A DNA stretch of 64,000 bases from Chrysomallon squamiferum (lineage: Eukaryota; Animalia; Mollusca), in contig CM022674.1 of the NCBI GenBank assembly GCA_012295275.1, positions 3,720,001 to 3,784,000 of the forward strand, given 5' to 3'. Shown piece after piece: positions 48,613 through 62,610 of the stretch. The notes under the pieces are model-generated. The model saw only the letters and a program-made list of their open reading frames with translations. It ran no database searches and was not told where the DNA came from. A program made the translations under genes and the position numbers. Each line of letters begins with the position of its first letter. Position 1 is the stretch's first letter.

Positions 48613-49397
48613 GCTGCTACTACTACTACTACCACAACAACAACAAGAAAGAAAGAACGAAAGAAAGAAAGACTGAAAGATAAGTTCGAACTAACCAAAG
48701 CCGCTCTTAATGAACTCTGTTTTGAATCAAACTTAGAATCGACCGTCTTGACAAGAGTCTGGCATCGTATTTCCAATTATTAATTTCTGCAGAAATTAAT
48801 ATTTCTAATTATCAGCATTGTGCGGGGTTGACACCATTACTTACGTCGTTGTTATGTGTAACAATAATTACAGACCGGAAACACGTTATTATCTTAATCC
48901 GAAACCAACATGGCGGGATCCTAGCAGCGCACAATTAGAAATAAAAATATCAAATAACATGTACGTTTATTCACTTCGTCAGAACATTGCCCACGTTTTT
49001 TTTTTTTTTTTTTTTGTAATCCACACACGCGCGTTTAATAATTAACATGCACAGAAAGAAATTCATCTTAACGAACTAAAATGTATTTATTAACAAAGAT
49101 GTAAGTGTACGAACACCCACGCACGCGCGCGCTCAAACACACACGCTCGCGCGGGCGCGCCTGTCTATACGTACATACATAGACACATGACAAGGAAAAC
49201 ATTGACATAAATGCATAAACACATATACATATGTAGTCATTTATACAGGCCCGCGAACTCACGTACACGAACACACATACACATACATCCATGCATATAT
49301 ACATACATTCAAACATACATACATACACACACACACATACGCTGATATATATACGTACGTTTATACGTATATACATACATGCACACGCATCAATACT

Positions 49398-49429
<32 letters not shown>

Positions 49430-50804
49430 CATATACATACATGACAACCAGACATACATCTCTACACACACGTACACAAACATACATATACACACACGTA
49501 GACAAACATACATATACACACATACATACATACACCCACATATACACATATTTTCCTTATGGCTTTATGCGCAAACATTCGTACCTCCCCGTAGCGTTCT
49601 TTTGTATCGCAAAACTTCCACATATGCTGTTCGCTTACTTCCTTCCACGAACACATACATACTACACCTGATTACCTACATGGACCTACCTGTGCGACCT
49701 TGACCTTGTACAGAATCTACGCAACACATATACACATATTTACAGACAAACAGATCAGTCCCGTTGTTAAATTATTATTACTGATGTTATCTGTAATATT
49801 ATTGTGTTTATTGGTTGAAGACGATGTTCTCATGAATAGTTGTTGTTTTTCATTGTTACAGAGGATTGTAGTCGTTGTTGCTGCTGCAGTTTATAATGTT
49901 GTTGTTGTTGTTGTTAACATTGTTAAGTGTTGCTGCAGTTGTTGCTGTTTACAATAAAGTTATTGTGGATATCTGATATTGCTGGGTGTTTCTTTTTTTC
50001 TTTTTTTTTTAACGTTGTTAAGTCTCTTCTTTTTGTTGTTGACAATGACGTCGTAGCAGTAGCCGTTGTGGTTGCTTATCCCATTTCCCCTAGCTTATCC
50101 CAGTTCCCCATTTCAAATGATGTTTTCTCCCTTCTGTGAGAAGGTTCATTTTTAAAAAAAAAAAGATTTCTTGCTGTTTATCATTAAACGAAACCAGCGG
50201 AACGACAATAACGGGTTTCTTCGCTATAATCATATGTTTAACACTTAACCGTTAATATTAGAAGAAAAAAAGAAGATCTGGAATCATTAGATATATTTGT
50301 TAAATAATGATGATAATGGCATATTGATGATGATGACTGATGATGGTGGTGATGGTAACGATGATGATTTTATTAATAATATTGCTGTTGTCATAGATGT
50401 TACTTTATTGTTATTATTAAAAAATAATAATTCGATTGCCTTTTGTTTTGTTTATTTATTGGTTTTTATTTTGTTTGTGTTTGAGTGTTGTTGTTGTTTG
50501 TTGTTGTTATTTTCTTTGGTTTTTACTCTTGTTCTGTTTGATTTAATCTTTTCGAATAACACCGTATAACACACATGCATACAAACAGCCAACTTCAGTT
50601 ACTAATGTTTATTTATGATATTAATAACAATTTTTTTACTATAATTATGTCAACGTAATTACATATAAATGTTCCTTTGTACAGTTTTATTTACATCGAT
50701 ATAAAAAAAAAAAAAAAAAAAAAAAAAAGAAAGAAAGAAAGAAAAAAAAAAAAGCTAAATTGGCACGCACATTAATTTTATCTGTTTACGAAACGGTCGA
50801 CATA

Positions 50805-50900
50805 GATTTCAGCCAATCAGAACGCCGGAAGATAACGCGCCAGACCTAACGCTAACTAAAATAAGCAGACGAGCTTAATTTAAGTGCGCGCCAAAAAGAT
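50805..50900. promoter_or_regulatory. Promoter-like motif cluster (CCAAT box, ETS, E2F-like)
   Basis: AGCCAATCAG at 50811, CCGGAAG at 50825 and GCGCGCCAAA at 50886, in a CpG-rich patch. Confidence 0.4.
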
Positions 50901-52289
50901 ACGAGACATTGTTCGTTTAGTCCACAAAAGTAATAAACAAAAAAATGATACCTTGCACTCTTTGAAACTGTTCGCCTCTGTTTCTTTTTCTTTCTTTTTT
51001 TTAATAGAAGACTTAGGCGAGGGAGGAAAGTATTAATAAACAACATTTGTAAATTTATAGGGGTTTGCGGGGGTGGTTGTTGCCGGGGGAACGGTGATAA
51101 TGGCAGGAAGTACGTTTTTGATACTTCAATAAATCACAACAACAACAACAACAACAACACATAAAAAATTAATAAATACATTTTAAAAATTAGTAATAAT
51201 AATAATAATGAAAGAAAGAAAAACGAACAAAAAGTGTTTATATACTTGTGCTGATTTCTGTATTTGTTATTTCTTAGTTTGTTAATAAATAGAATAGATA
51301 TTTAAATAATGAAAAGTACACATAAGCGATTGTTTAATATTTTGTTTGTTTGTTATTGGGTTGGAACAAAAAGGGTTCATTAGGTGAAATACTAAGACAG
51401 TATTTATAAATATACACAGTGTGTCATTTTGTTCACTTTAAGAATATGTATATTAATACGCCATGTTTTAGTCACGTATGAAACGAAGTCACGATGCCTA
51501 GACAACACATATCGAATAAACGTTATGAGCTTTTGTCCCAAATTATTTATTTATTTATTTGGTTGGTTGGTTAGTTAGATAGTTAGCTAGTTGGTTAGTT
51601 AGTTATTCACTTGCCTGAGCGGACTAAAACTCAGAAGTTAAAGCGTTTTCCCTTGTCTTGTTATCTCATAATCATTTATCTCCGAATTATCTCAATCCTG
51701 TTCCAAACATAGCTCCTGGACTTGTTTATTAAAGGTTATGTACGTACTGTTCTGTATGTAGTATTATTTGAATTTATGTTTAATTTCATCTTATTTTAAG
51801 ATATTTTAATAAATGTTAAACACACACACACACACACACACACACATACCGTTCTGTAGGTAATAGTATGATATAAAGGTTATGGTAAGTACTGTCATGT
51901 TTGGTGGAGAATTGCAGAATGATATGAAGGTAGCTTGCTGCTAATTGATCAGAATAGCTAAGGCTGTAGTTAATGGCATACGGTTTTACCTGTCTTAAAA
52001 ACTATTCCTTAATAAACAATACTTTTATTTAAAAAAAAAAAAAAAAAAAAGAAAAGAAAGAAAGAGGAAAGAAGGAAAGAAAAAAAAAAGAAACGCGAGA
52101 GAGAAGAAAAAGAAAAGAAAAAATAGAAAAAAAATAAGAAAAAAAGAATGTACTTTGAGATCCATGGCTGTTTATGTCATTATAATATACCGACTTACTG
52201 CAAAACCTTTGTCTTTAAAGCCATAATTGTTTTTCTAGCTTCTTGTTTGAGTACACACTCTCATTTACGTGCTGACCCTCACACTCAGT

Positions 52290-52365
<76 letters not shown>

Positions 52366-53179
52366 TTCTAATACCTTCATCCTCGCTCTCCCCATTTGTT
52401 CCAAATTCCGCCCTTAACCGCAGTCTTGCAAAATGTTGTTTACCGTGAATCTCGCGTGCTAAGAGGTCAGAATAGCATGACACCTGTGAGGTCACCCGAC
52501 ACCGCTACATACCGTGAAGTGGGACAAAGAACCCATAATTCCGGTCACTGAGAAATGTCGTCAAGAACCACACACACACACACCTGTTTGGTTACATACA
52601 AGTTTTTTTTTTGTTTTTTTTTCTCTCTGACAGTGTGTTGAGTGTAGTTTCCGGTTTTCATTTATACTCGAGCAATAAATAAGGAACGACCGTGTAAGGC
52701 TAGAGTTTTATTTGGAACGCGGGAACCTTGCATAAGTCACGTGATGTAACACGAGATGTCTTTTGTTGTTGTTATTCTTAGTTCAGGTTTTTGTTTGTAT
52801 GTTCAGAGCTCACGATTTCGTCATTCACTCTTTTTGTAGTGTTCATCTTTTTTTTTTTTTCTTTTTTCTTCCTTTTCTTCTTCTTCCTGTTATTATTATT
52901 ATTGTTGTTGTTGTCGCTGTTGTTTTTCTGTTGTTGTTGTCTTTTTCTGTCTTGTTTTTACTTCTTATTATTTTTCTTATTCTTATTTTATTTTTATCTA
53001 CTTTTCATTTTTGAGACACTCACAAGCATTCACCCACTACTGCTACGATTACTACGCTGTTGCTTCTGTGACTACCACCACAACCTCTACTACAACTACT
53101 ACAACTAGTACTACTACTACTACTACTACTACTACTATTACTGCTATTACAATTAACACTATACTGTTATTACTACTGT

Positions 53180-53309
<130 letters not shown>

Positions 53310-54267
53310 CGAATATCTAGTCTAGTTAATTCCTGGATTTATAAAAATTAATAATAATAATAAAGTAGTAGTAGTAGTAATAGTAGTAGTAGTAGCAGCA
53401 GCAGCAGTAAAAACAAGGAAAAAAGAAAGACAGAAGAAAACAAATGAGGTACAAAAAAAAAAAAAAAAACACGTAAGTAGGGATTCTTCAAGTTGTGAAA
53501 TTCTATTGGTTGCCTCTACAGAAATGTCATCTAAAACAGGCATGTCACGATAACATGTCATGGCGTACTACATATCGCTTCAAATGTTTGTCATATCCGA
53601 TTATGTTCGCAAACAGTTAGCTGATACGGTTTCGCTAATAAAACCAACAATAGTATTGAAGGGCGGAGGTAGGGAAACTTTCAAAATGTTTCTGAAGCCT
53701 CCAGTACAAATCCATGCAAACCGACGAAGTAGAAATACGTTTCATTTAAAGAACAGAAATACGTTGAGAAATGTTTGTATGGGTAGATAGCTAGATAGAC
53801 ATACACACGTACATACATACGTAGATACGTAGAAATAACATGCAGAGAATCGGCAGAAGGTTGCAGAACCTCGGGTAATCGCCCCCGGGGGGGATATCAC
53901 GTGCTATATGGCGCCAACATCACGTATTTGAGATCATCGCATTATAAAAATGAAAAAATGTTAAATAATAAAAAATAGATTCAATAAACGAATAAATAAA
54001 TAAATAAAATGTGAAAATTCTTTGAGTGGAGCCAGATTGTCGGACAACTGATTGTTAATTTTTAATGTTTCAGTATCAAACTGTGAAAACGAGCTGACAA
54101 AAGATGTATCCATGTTAGGTTGCGGTATTAAAATGTCCGGGACGCTAAACACCCTACAGCAGTCCCCTACGTACATAGACAGACACAAATTTAAATAAAT
54201 AAATAAATAAATAATATTTGTATTACATAAAATAATAATAACACAAACAAACAAACAAAAAAATACA

Positions 54268-54299
<32 letters not shown>

Positions 54300-54323
54300 A
54301 TAAATAAAAATCATCAATTTCGG

Positions 54324-54354
<31 letters not shown>

Positions 54355-54734
54355 CATCCAACTATCTATCCATCCATCCAACTATCTATAGTACTCAGTT
54401 TCTCTTTATTTTATTATTATTATTATAGTTGTTGTTGTTGTTTTTGTTATTTATTACATGGCCGTAACAACACTGAGGCAAATGCCTCATACCGAAATTG
54501 ACAATTTTTTATTATTTTATATATATTTTTTTTTATTATTATTATTTTATGTAATACAAAGATCTTATTTTATTTAATACAAAGATTTTATTTTAAAAAT
54601 ATAAAATATAGATCTGTGTTGCGACAGAAACAATATCTACTTTCAAATCGCAGCTTCTAGGGGGTCTTAGACAGTTCCCCAGAGTACTCGCCTAAAGTTT
54701 TTTGCCTCGTTTCAAAAAGAGTCCAGTTACGGCC

Positions 54735-54781
<47 letters not shown>

Positions 54782-55393
54782 TACTTATTTTATTTTATTT
54801 TATTTTTATTTTTATTTTTATTTTTTTTCCCGCCTCGATCGCAGACGAGAGACACGTGCTTGTCTGACATTCTGTCGCGGTCGTCTAAGGACGTGACCTC
54901 TTGAACCATGTCATGTTTCACATCATGGCGGTTGTGTTCTTTTCCACTCGGGAGCGATGCGGTAACAAAGAAAAGAGGCATGACGGCGTTTGTCGACCGC
55001 CGGCAAGTATTTCTTTGAACCCAGACCACGGGGCTAGACTTGACCTTCGTGTTATTAAGAGGAATACTAATAATAAGACGAAGAAGAAGAAACATAAACT
55101 ACATAAATAATATTGCATATAGCTTTAGACACGCTCAGAAAATAAACAAATAGAATTTACACAAGTGACGTAATGTCAGTAACATTAGTAGAAAACTAGG
55201 CCAAACACAAATGTGTGACGTCACAACATGGGAGAATATTCGACTATGGAATCTTTTATAGTACGGTATCGGTAAGCAGTGTTATTACATATTTTGTCAT
55301 CATCATCATCATCATCATCATAATGAAGAAGCATAAGAATAATAAGAATAACAATAATTCCGTATTTTGAATTATTTTATAAATTTTATTCTA

Positions 55394-55610
55394 TTGGGTT
55401 GAGGAATAAGTCATTGCGGTTCAGTTAAATCTAATTATTACGCAGAAGAAAGCTTAAGCTTAATTGATAACAAGATGTAATATTTTAATCAATATTTGTA
55501 TTCTCCGTTGTTATTTACCATCTCTTCCCAACGGTCAACAAGTTTTTCGATGCCTCTGCAATAGTAATCTGAACCAATTATGAACCGCAATGACTTATTC
55601 CTCATCCCTA
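55394..55610 (-). mobile_element. 217-bp non-autonomous mariner (Tc1/mariner) deletion derivative, MITE-like
   Basis: 30-bp TIRs with 2 mismatches (TTGGGTTGAGGAATAAGTCATTGCGGTTCA at 55394-55423; inverse at 55581-55610), flanked by TA at 55392-55393 and 55611-55612. The minus-strand interior translates to DYYCRGIEKLVDRWEEMVNNNGEY, the typical mariner transposase C-terminus. Confidence 0.92.
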
Positions 55611-57520
55611 TAAAACGTGCACACCCTTTCAAATGATTTTCGTTTTTGTTTTTTTTTCATTCGCGAATAAAAGGCATGTAAAAAAAAAGTCACAACTTAC
55701 AGCAATGGCATCCATTACAAATATGTGTGCGGGTGGGTGGGTGGGTGGGTGCGTGCGTGTGTGCATGTGTGTAAAAAAATGTGCCAGTTTAATATATAAT
55801 GTAATGTAATATTTAATATTTCCATAGATTATGTATTGGTATAATTCAGTACAGCAATAATTTTAAAACCTGCATCTTTTTAATTAAAATAAAACTGTAC
55901 GGTACTGACACATAATTAGCACGCGCCTTGATTAATTTAATTACCAAAGCGTGTGTCTCCTAAATGTCCCTTTGTAATGATGATCACGTTCTAGATGCAT
56001 AATACAAGCAGGCGCCATCTTTAAATAAAAACTAATTTACTTCACAGAATACTTCAGGTCAGAAAAATGCACTTGCTTGACGTGAGGACTTTCGCTAATT
56101 TCACATCTTAAAAGCAAGAGAAAATAGTGCAGCCTAATTATCGTAAGAGAAAAAAAAAAATAATAAAAAAATTATAAATTATATAAAAAAAAAGAGAACT
56201 GAAAAAACGAGAAGAATAGCCATACGCAGTTATCAGAAATACCCTAAGGACACGAATTCATGTGAAAAACAGGCTTGAATCCATGTGCCCTTTCAGTCTG
56301 CTGAATCTAATCAAAAATGGTGAAACTTACGCAAGGGAAAAAAAAAAAAAAAAAAAAAAAAAAAGAAAGTATACAAGACCGAAAAATCGCGTAGCGCCCA
56401 GAACGAGGCTTAGGTGTCGCCTGATCGATACGAAGTTGAGCAATGACGTCTGTTCAAAGCAACGCCGTCTCTGTCTTCGGCTTCTAAATAGTCTCATTTC
56501 CCCACTTCGCGGGAATTAATGACATTTTCGTCTTCTTTCGCAGAAGATCTTAGAAACTACGTCTGCAGCTACTTTTTTTTTCTTCTTGTCATTTTCTTGC
56601 GCAAAAGCATTTTAATATCGATTTTTACCTTAGTCTGTAGTTTTAAGATCTCCGAGCATATTTTTTTTTTCTTTCTTTCTTTCTTTATAAATTACGTGTG
56701 TTTGAGTTTTTAATTTAGATCTTTAACAGTTCTACTGGTTTTAAAGCATGTTTGATATATTTACTGAGTGAGAGATCGAGACAAATGAAAGCAAGAAAGA
56801 AAGAAGGAACAAAGAATTGATTAAAAAAGAAAGATATAAACGGAAGAAAAGAAAAACGAATGAATGAAAGAAATGGTGTGTGAAGAGAGAATGGTGGAAA
56901 TAATAAAATAAAGGAATAAAGACAGAAAGATACAGAAACAAATAAACAAATAAGAAGGAAAAATATAAATAAAAACAATTTAAAAAATGTATTCTACTTG
57001 ATTATTCTTAATACACTGAACGATAGAATAAAGAAAAAAAAAGGAAAAGAGAGAATGAAAATGTCATGGTATGTAATCAGATGGGTTGCTATATTATAAA
57101 ATAAATAAATTAATTAATTAATTAACTCTCGTGTGGCAGTTTATTATTTTTTGTTTCTCGCCAGCTGATAGGAAAAATCCTTTAAAGTCTGCCGCAGTAA
57201 ATTCTCGCGACAAAAAGTTCAGTGGGCGAAATCTCGCGAGACTTGTCCGTCGCTATATAAATGAGAATATGGCTGACATGAATAATTATTATCGATAAAA
57301 AAGGACGACAGTTTTGTTATTCTAGAAATAAAGATATTAAAATTTAGCACATAAGATTCCGAGAAGATAGTATTGCAGGTTTTTATTTTTTTTTTTTTTT
57401 TTTTTTTTGGGGGGGGGCTTCTTTTGAATAAAAATTAAGACGATAAGGATTTGTTCCTTATTTATTTATTTGTTATTTTATTTATTTATTTATTTATTAT
57501 GATGATGATCATCATCATCA

Positions 57521-57566
<46 letters not shown>

Positions 57567-58239
57567 GAGATTTTTTTTTAATAATCTTTTCTTTCTTTTG
57601 TTGTTTATGATGATGACTTCTTTAAATTGAAAGCAGTTGCATCTTGACTGATTGGTATATATTTTACGTTCATGATGTCTAATCTACTTTCATAAAAAAA
57701 AAAACTCACAACATTATTCGTCTTTAAGTAGAATCTAACAGCTTAATATTTACTGATTATTCTGGGATCACTAATACTTGATTAATTTATAGTATTTGAA
57801 TTTATGTTTAATTTCATCTTATTTTAAGATATTTTTTATTGTTATTTATTTTATTTTATTTTATTTTTTTATGTTTATGTATATGTTGATTAGTAGGTAG
57901 GTATGTGCATGTACTAATGCATGAAGATATATATAGGCACGGTATGAATGAATATATGTATGTATGTATGTATGTATCTGTATATGTTTGAGTCTGTATA
58001 ATGTGTATGTGTGTGTATATATATATATATATATGCGTGTGTGTGGGCGTGTGGGTGTATACGTTTTTATGTATCTACTTATATATATATACGTCAAAAT
58101 GATGCATTTGGGTGAGTATGTTTTGTTAATAAATTACATTCACACATTAAATTTAAAACCATTTTTACTTTAAATATTTTAATTTGAAAACGCGTCTTAA
58201 GAAGTAAATCGGTTTTTTTTTTTTTTTAAACCGATTTAT

Positions 58240-58295
58240 CACGCATGCGCAGACGAACGTAATGGCAACGTCCGCCATGTTTCTCGCGCGTGACA
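58240..58295. promoter_or_regulatory. Promoter-like motif cluster (NRF1-like and YY1-like)
   Basis: CGCATGCGCA at 58242-58251 and CCGCCATGTTT at 58272-58282; candidate donor CAG|GTGAAA at 58543/58544. Confidence 0.42.
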
Positions 58296-58901
58296 GATAA
58301 CGAAATTAATGGCCTCGGTATGGGATTATAACGACTTGTTAGACGCCGTTCCTTGTAAATTATTTTCTTAAGTGTTGGTCGCGAAATATTGAATAAGATT
58401 CTGCGTTCCTGATTGTCCTAATTATTTCGTCTTGTCTTATGTCACAGCTCCCTGCTAATCGATACTCAACTGAAATCTGCGCATCCTCAGTGAAAGCTTA
58501 AAGTATTTGTATTGTATAGAATCGTAATTATTTTCGCTGGCAGGTGAAATAGTAGTAATATCAGAAGTAATAGTAGTTGTGGTTGTGGTTGTAGTGGTGG
58601 TGGTTGTGGTGGTGCTAGTAATAACAGTAGTAGTAGCAGTAGTAATTGTAGCTGTAGTAGTATCTGTATTTGTGGTAGTAATAGCAGTAGATGTAGCAGT
58701 ACTTAGCAGTTGTAGTAATTGTATCAGTAGTAGCAGTACTAGTACTAATTGTAGTAGTAGTAGTAGTAATGATAGTTAATAGTAATAATGGTAGTAGTAG
58801 TAGTAGCAGTGGTAGTAGTAGTAGTATTTGTAGAAGAACAACAGCAGCAGTAATAATTGCCGTACCGTTTACATTATAGCTATTATTTCTTTAATGATTC
58901 C

Positions 58902-58941
<40 letters not shown>

Positions 58942-59374
58942 TATTATTACTATTATTATTAACATCACGATAATCATCATTATTATTATTTTAAATCAAT
59001 CCGTTTTTAAAAAGTATTAAGACCGTTTTGAAAAATCGATACTTTTCTTTCAAGCAGATGCATTAAGAAGATATTCAAAGTGACGGTGACATTCAAATAA
59101 CCTTTGCGAGGAGTAATCCGCTTTTACATTAGTTATAAAAATCTGTCATATGTTAATTCGAGACTAGGGCTGCACTGCAGATCCTAGCGTTGTTTATTTA
59201 TTTTATATCTTAATGCTTTTTATTTCATGTTGCTGTGCTGAAAGTGCGTGTTATAAACGACATGATTATACACATATAAGAACACAAAACATACAGTTAT
59301 ATACTACATAATTACATACATACATACATATTTATAGACGCACACACAGACATACGTATATAATACATACATAC

Positions 59375-59405
<31 letters not shown>

Positions 59406-59589
59406 CTAACATTCATGAGACACATGGACACTGATGTTACTGTTGATGTTGTTACTGCTGCTGCTACTATTACTACCACAACAACATCTACTACTAATAT
59501 TACTGCTATTTTGTTATGTCCGCTTTAATCCCAGGTAATTATAAGTGTCTGTCTACGTGTATAAGTGTGCGTCTGTGTGTACGTATAAT

Positions 59590-59804
<215 letters not shown>

Positions 59805-60364
59805 TTAACCCCATGTTTTGTCCACGGAAGCCGTTTGCTGAATGTCTTAACCCCATTCCGTGTGGTACGTCTTCACTGAATAAAGTGTCTTTTTAGTCAG
59901 TAAAAACATTTCATATCTTAACCCGTGTATTCCATCCACCTTAACCTCACATCGTATGAGCCTTAACCCCACTGTCTGAGCAAAGAGAATTTTCGCAAAA
60001 ACAAAAAACAACAAAAAAACCCCTGTTTTGACAGATTTCTCCAGTTTAAATATCGATTTGTGTAAAAAAAAATGAAAAAATAATAAAAAATAAAATAAAA
60101 TAAAATAAAATAAAAAAAAATGTAATCATTACATTGTATCTCCCTGGGGGTAGAAGGGTGGAACGTTCATGTGTGTGTGTGTGTGGGGGTTAATTTCGAA
60201 TTAGATTTCGCGAAAAGTAAGTCGACAAAATAATTCTTGGAAATTTTCAATCGCGGACATTTTTCAATCGACTTGCGGCCTATTTCGTCTTGTAGTTAAT
60301 TTTAATGCGGTTTCCATTTCGTTTTATTCTGTGACTACGCTTTACATTTGTAGAAACATTTTTT

Positions 60365-60396
<32 letters not shown>

Positions 60397-61338
60397 TTCA
60401 GTTGTTGTTTTTTTTCTCTCCCAAAACGACAGATCTAACATTAAAGGAAATTATGTGCTATTTCATCTGAGTTCGTTTATTGCGGTTACTTTTTCGACCT
60501 TTTATCGAGAAACCAAGCACAGACTGTCGAAAAAATATGTCTGTCTAACTTTCTGTCTGTCTGTCTATCTGTCCGTCTGTCTGTTTGCCTGATTGTCTTT
60601 TGATTTTCTTATATTGAAATGACTGCATTATTCCGTTATTTAAATTTAATATATGTTTTTCTATGTACATTGAATATGTATGTTTGCATATATTTATACG
60701 TGTACGTACGTACCGATATATGTATGCTTGTATGTATTAATGTATGTATGTATGTCTGTATGTCTGTCTGTCTGTCTGATGTATGTATGTATGTATGTAT
60801 GTATGTTCGTACCTATAATATGTATGTCTCTTGGTATATATGAATATATTTATGTATGTACACTTGCATGTATGTATATATATGCATGTATATATGTAGC
60901 TATGTAGGTAGGTAGCTAGCTAGATGGATAATTATATATACGTATATCTCTAGGAATTCAAGTTGATTTAAAACTGACTGTTGTAATGTACATTACAGTA
61001 TATTTGTTTTGTTTAATTTTAAAGCTAACTGGGTTGTTTTGGGGCAGATATTTATAATTTTGCCAATCATATTTTAGAAACATTTATTCACATATATAAA
61101 ACATTTAAAAACTATTATAGCTATGCGTATAGTGACGAGTATATAGAAATACATTTCTACAATAATGTAACACATTTCTATAATAATCTATATCAAAATA
61201 ATTTAAAAAAACGAAAAAAAAACTATTTAAAAACTATCCTTTCTCAAAATTTACATACAAAATAATAACAAAGTAAAAAAAAAAAAAATAAAAATCCCTT
61301 CTAGAACAACAAAATACAGAATAAGAAACAAGGAATAG

Positions 61339-61376
<38 letters not shown>

Positions 61377-62247
61377 GTTTACAGAATTTTATGAACCACA
61401 GAGAAACACGTACAAAACTAAAAAGAAGAAGAAGAAGGGAAAAAAAAGGTTAAAAATTAAAGAAGAAACAAAAAAAATGTATTGAATTTGAAAGCAATTT
61501 TCTCCGCGTGACATGCACGAAACCTGGCGACTTGCATGGACTCTCTAGGCGACATCTTGATGAAGCAAATGACATCGAGGTTTTCTAGAGACTCGTTTTC
61601 GATTACACGCTCTTTGGGATGTTATCAGTTACGTAACTGCCGGGTTCAAGCCCTCCTCGTGTGTCAGAAACCTTATACTTTCGAGCAGGAACTCAAAAAT
61701 AAAGAAAGGAAGGAAGGAAGAAAGAAAGAAAGAAAGAAGAAGAAGAAGACGAAAGATAAGAAGAAGAAGAAGAAGACGAAAGATACGAAGAAGAAAAAGA
61801 AGAAGACGACGAAGAAGAAGAAATAAAAATAAGGATAATAATAATAATACGATGAAATGGAGGTTAAAAAAAAAAAAGAGAAAAGATTAGAACAAAATGA
61901 TGCATTGCAGATACCGACTGAAATTTTTTTTTTAATTTAAAATTTTTTTTTTTATGTAAAATGTGTTTCAGGCTATAACTCGTATATCTCGCTAAAGATG
62001 TGTTAACAGGGGGCGAGTTGAGTGAACGATTTTTAATTTTTTTTTTTTTTTTTTTTTAAAAAGGCTTAAAGAATATTGTTATTATTATAATATATTTCTA
62101 ATAAGGCTGAGAGTAAATACAGATTTGTTCTTCTTTTTTCTGTCTGCCCCTCTCTCTCTCTCTCTCATTATCCATATATATATATATGTCTGTGTGTGTG
62201 TCTGTCTGCCTGTCTGTCCGTCTAACTACCTATTCATTTATCTTCTT

Positions 62248-62299
<52 letters not shown>

Positions 62300-62572
62300 T
62301 TATAATTTTTTATAAATTCATTATTGTTCTGCATTTCCCTGGATAATTCTCTTATATACAATAATGTGTTTTATCTATGATTAAAAGTAAATTATATGAT
62401 TATACTGGGGCCCAAAATAGGTTCACTGACAGCCAGATATCATGAAGATTTTTACTGTTCTGTTAATTTAGATTGTATCTATCTAACTATATATCTATCT
62501 ATTTCTTCTATATGAATATATATATATATTTCTCTATTTTAAATTTGTATTTGTATTACATTTCTTTCTTTT

Positions 62573-62610
<38 letters not shown>

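Noticed and set aside
54901-55118. Short overlapping ORFs in a CpG-rich patch (MAVVFFSTRERCG...)
   Set aside because: No recognisable homology or linked downstream exon; better treated as a possible regulatory region.
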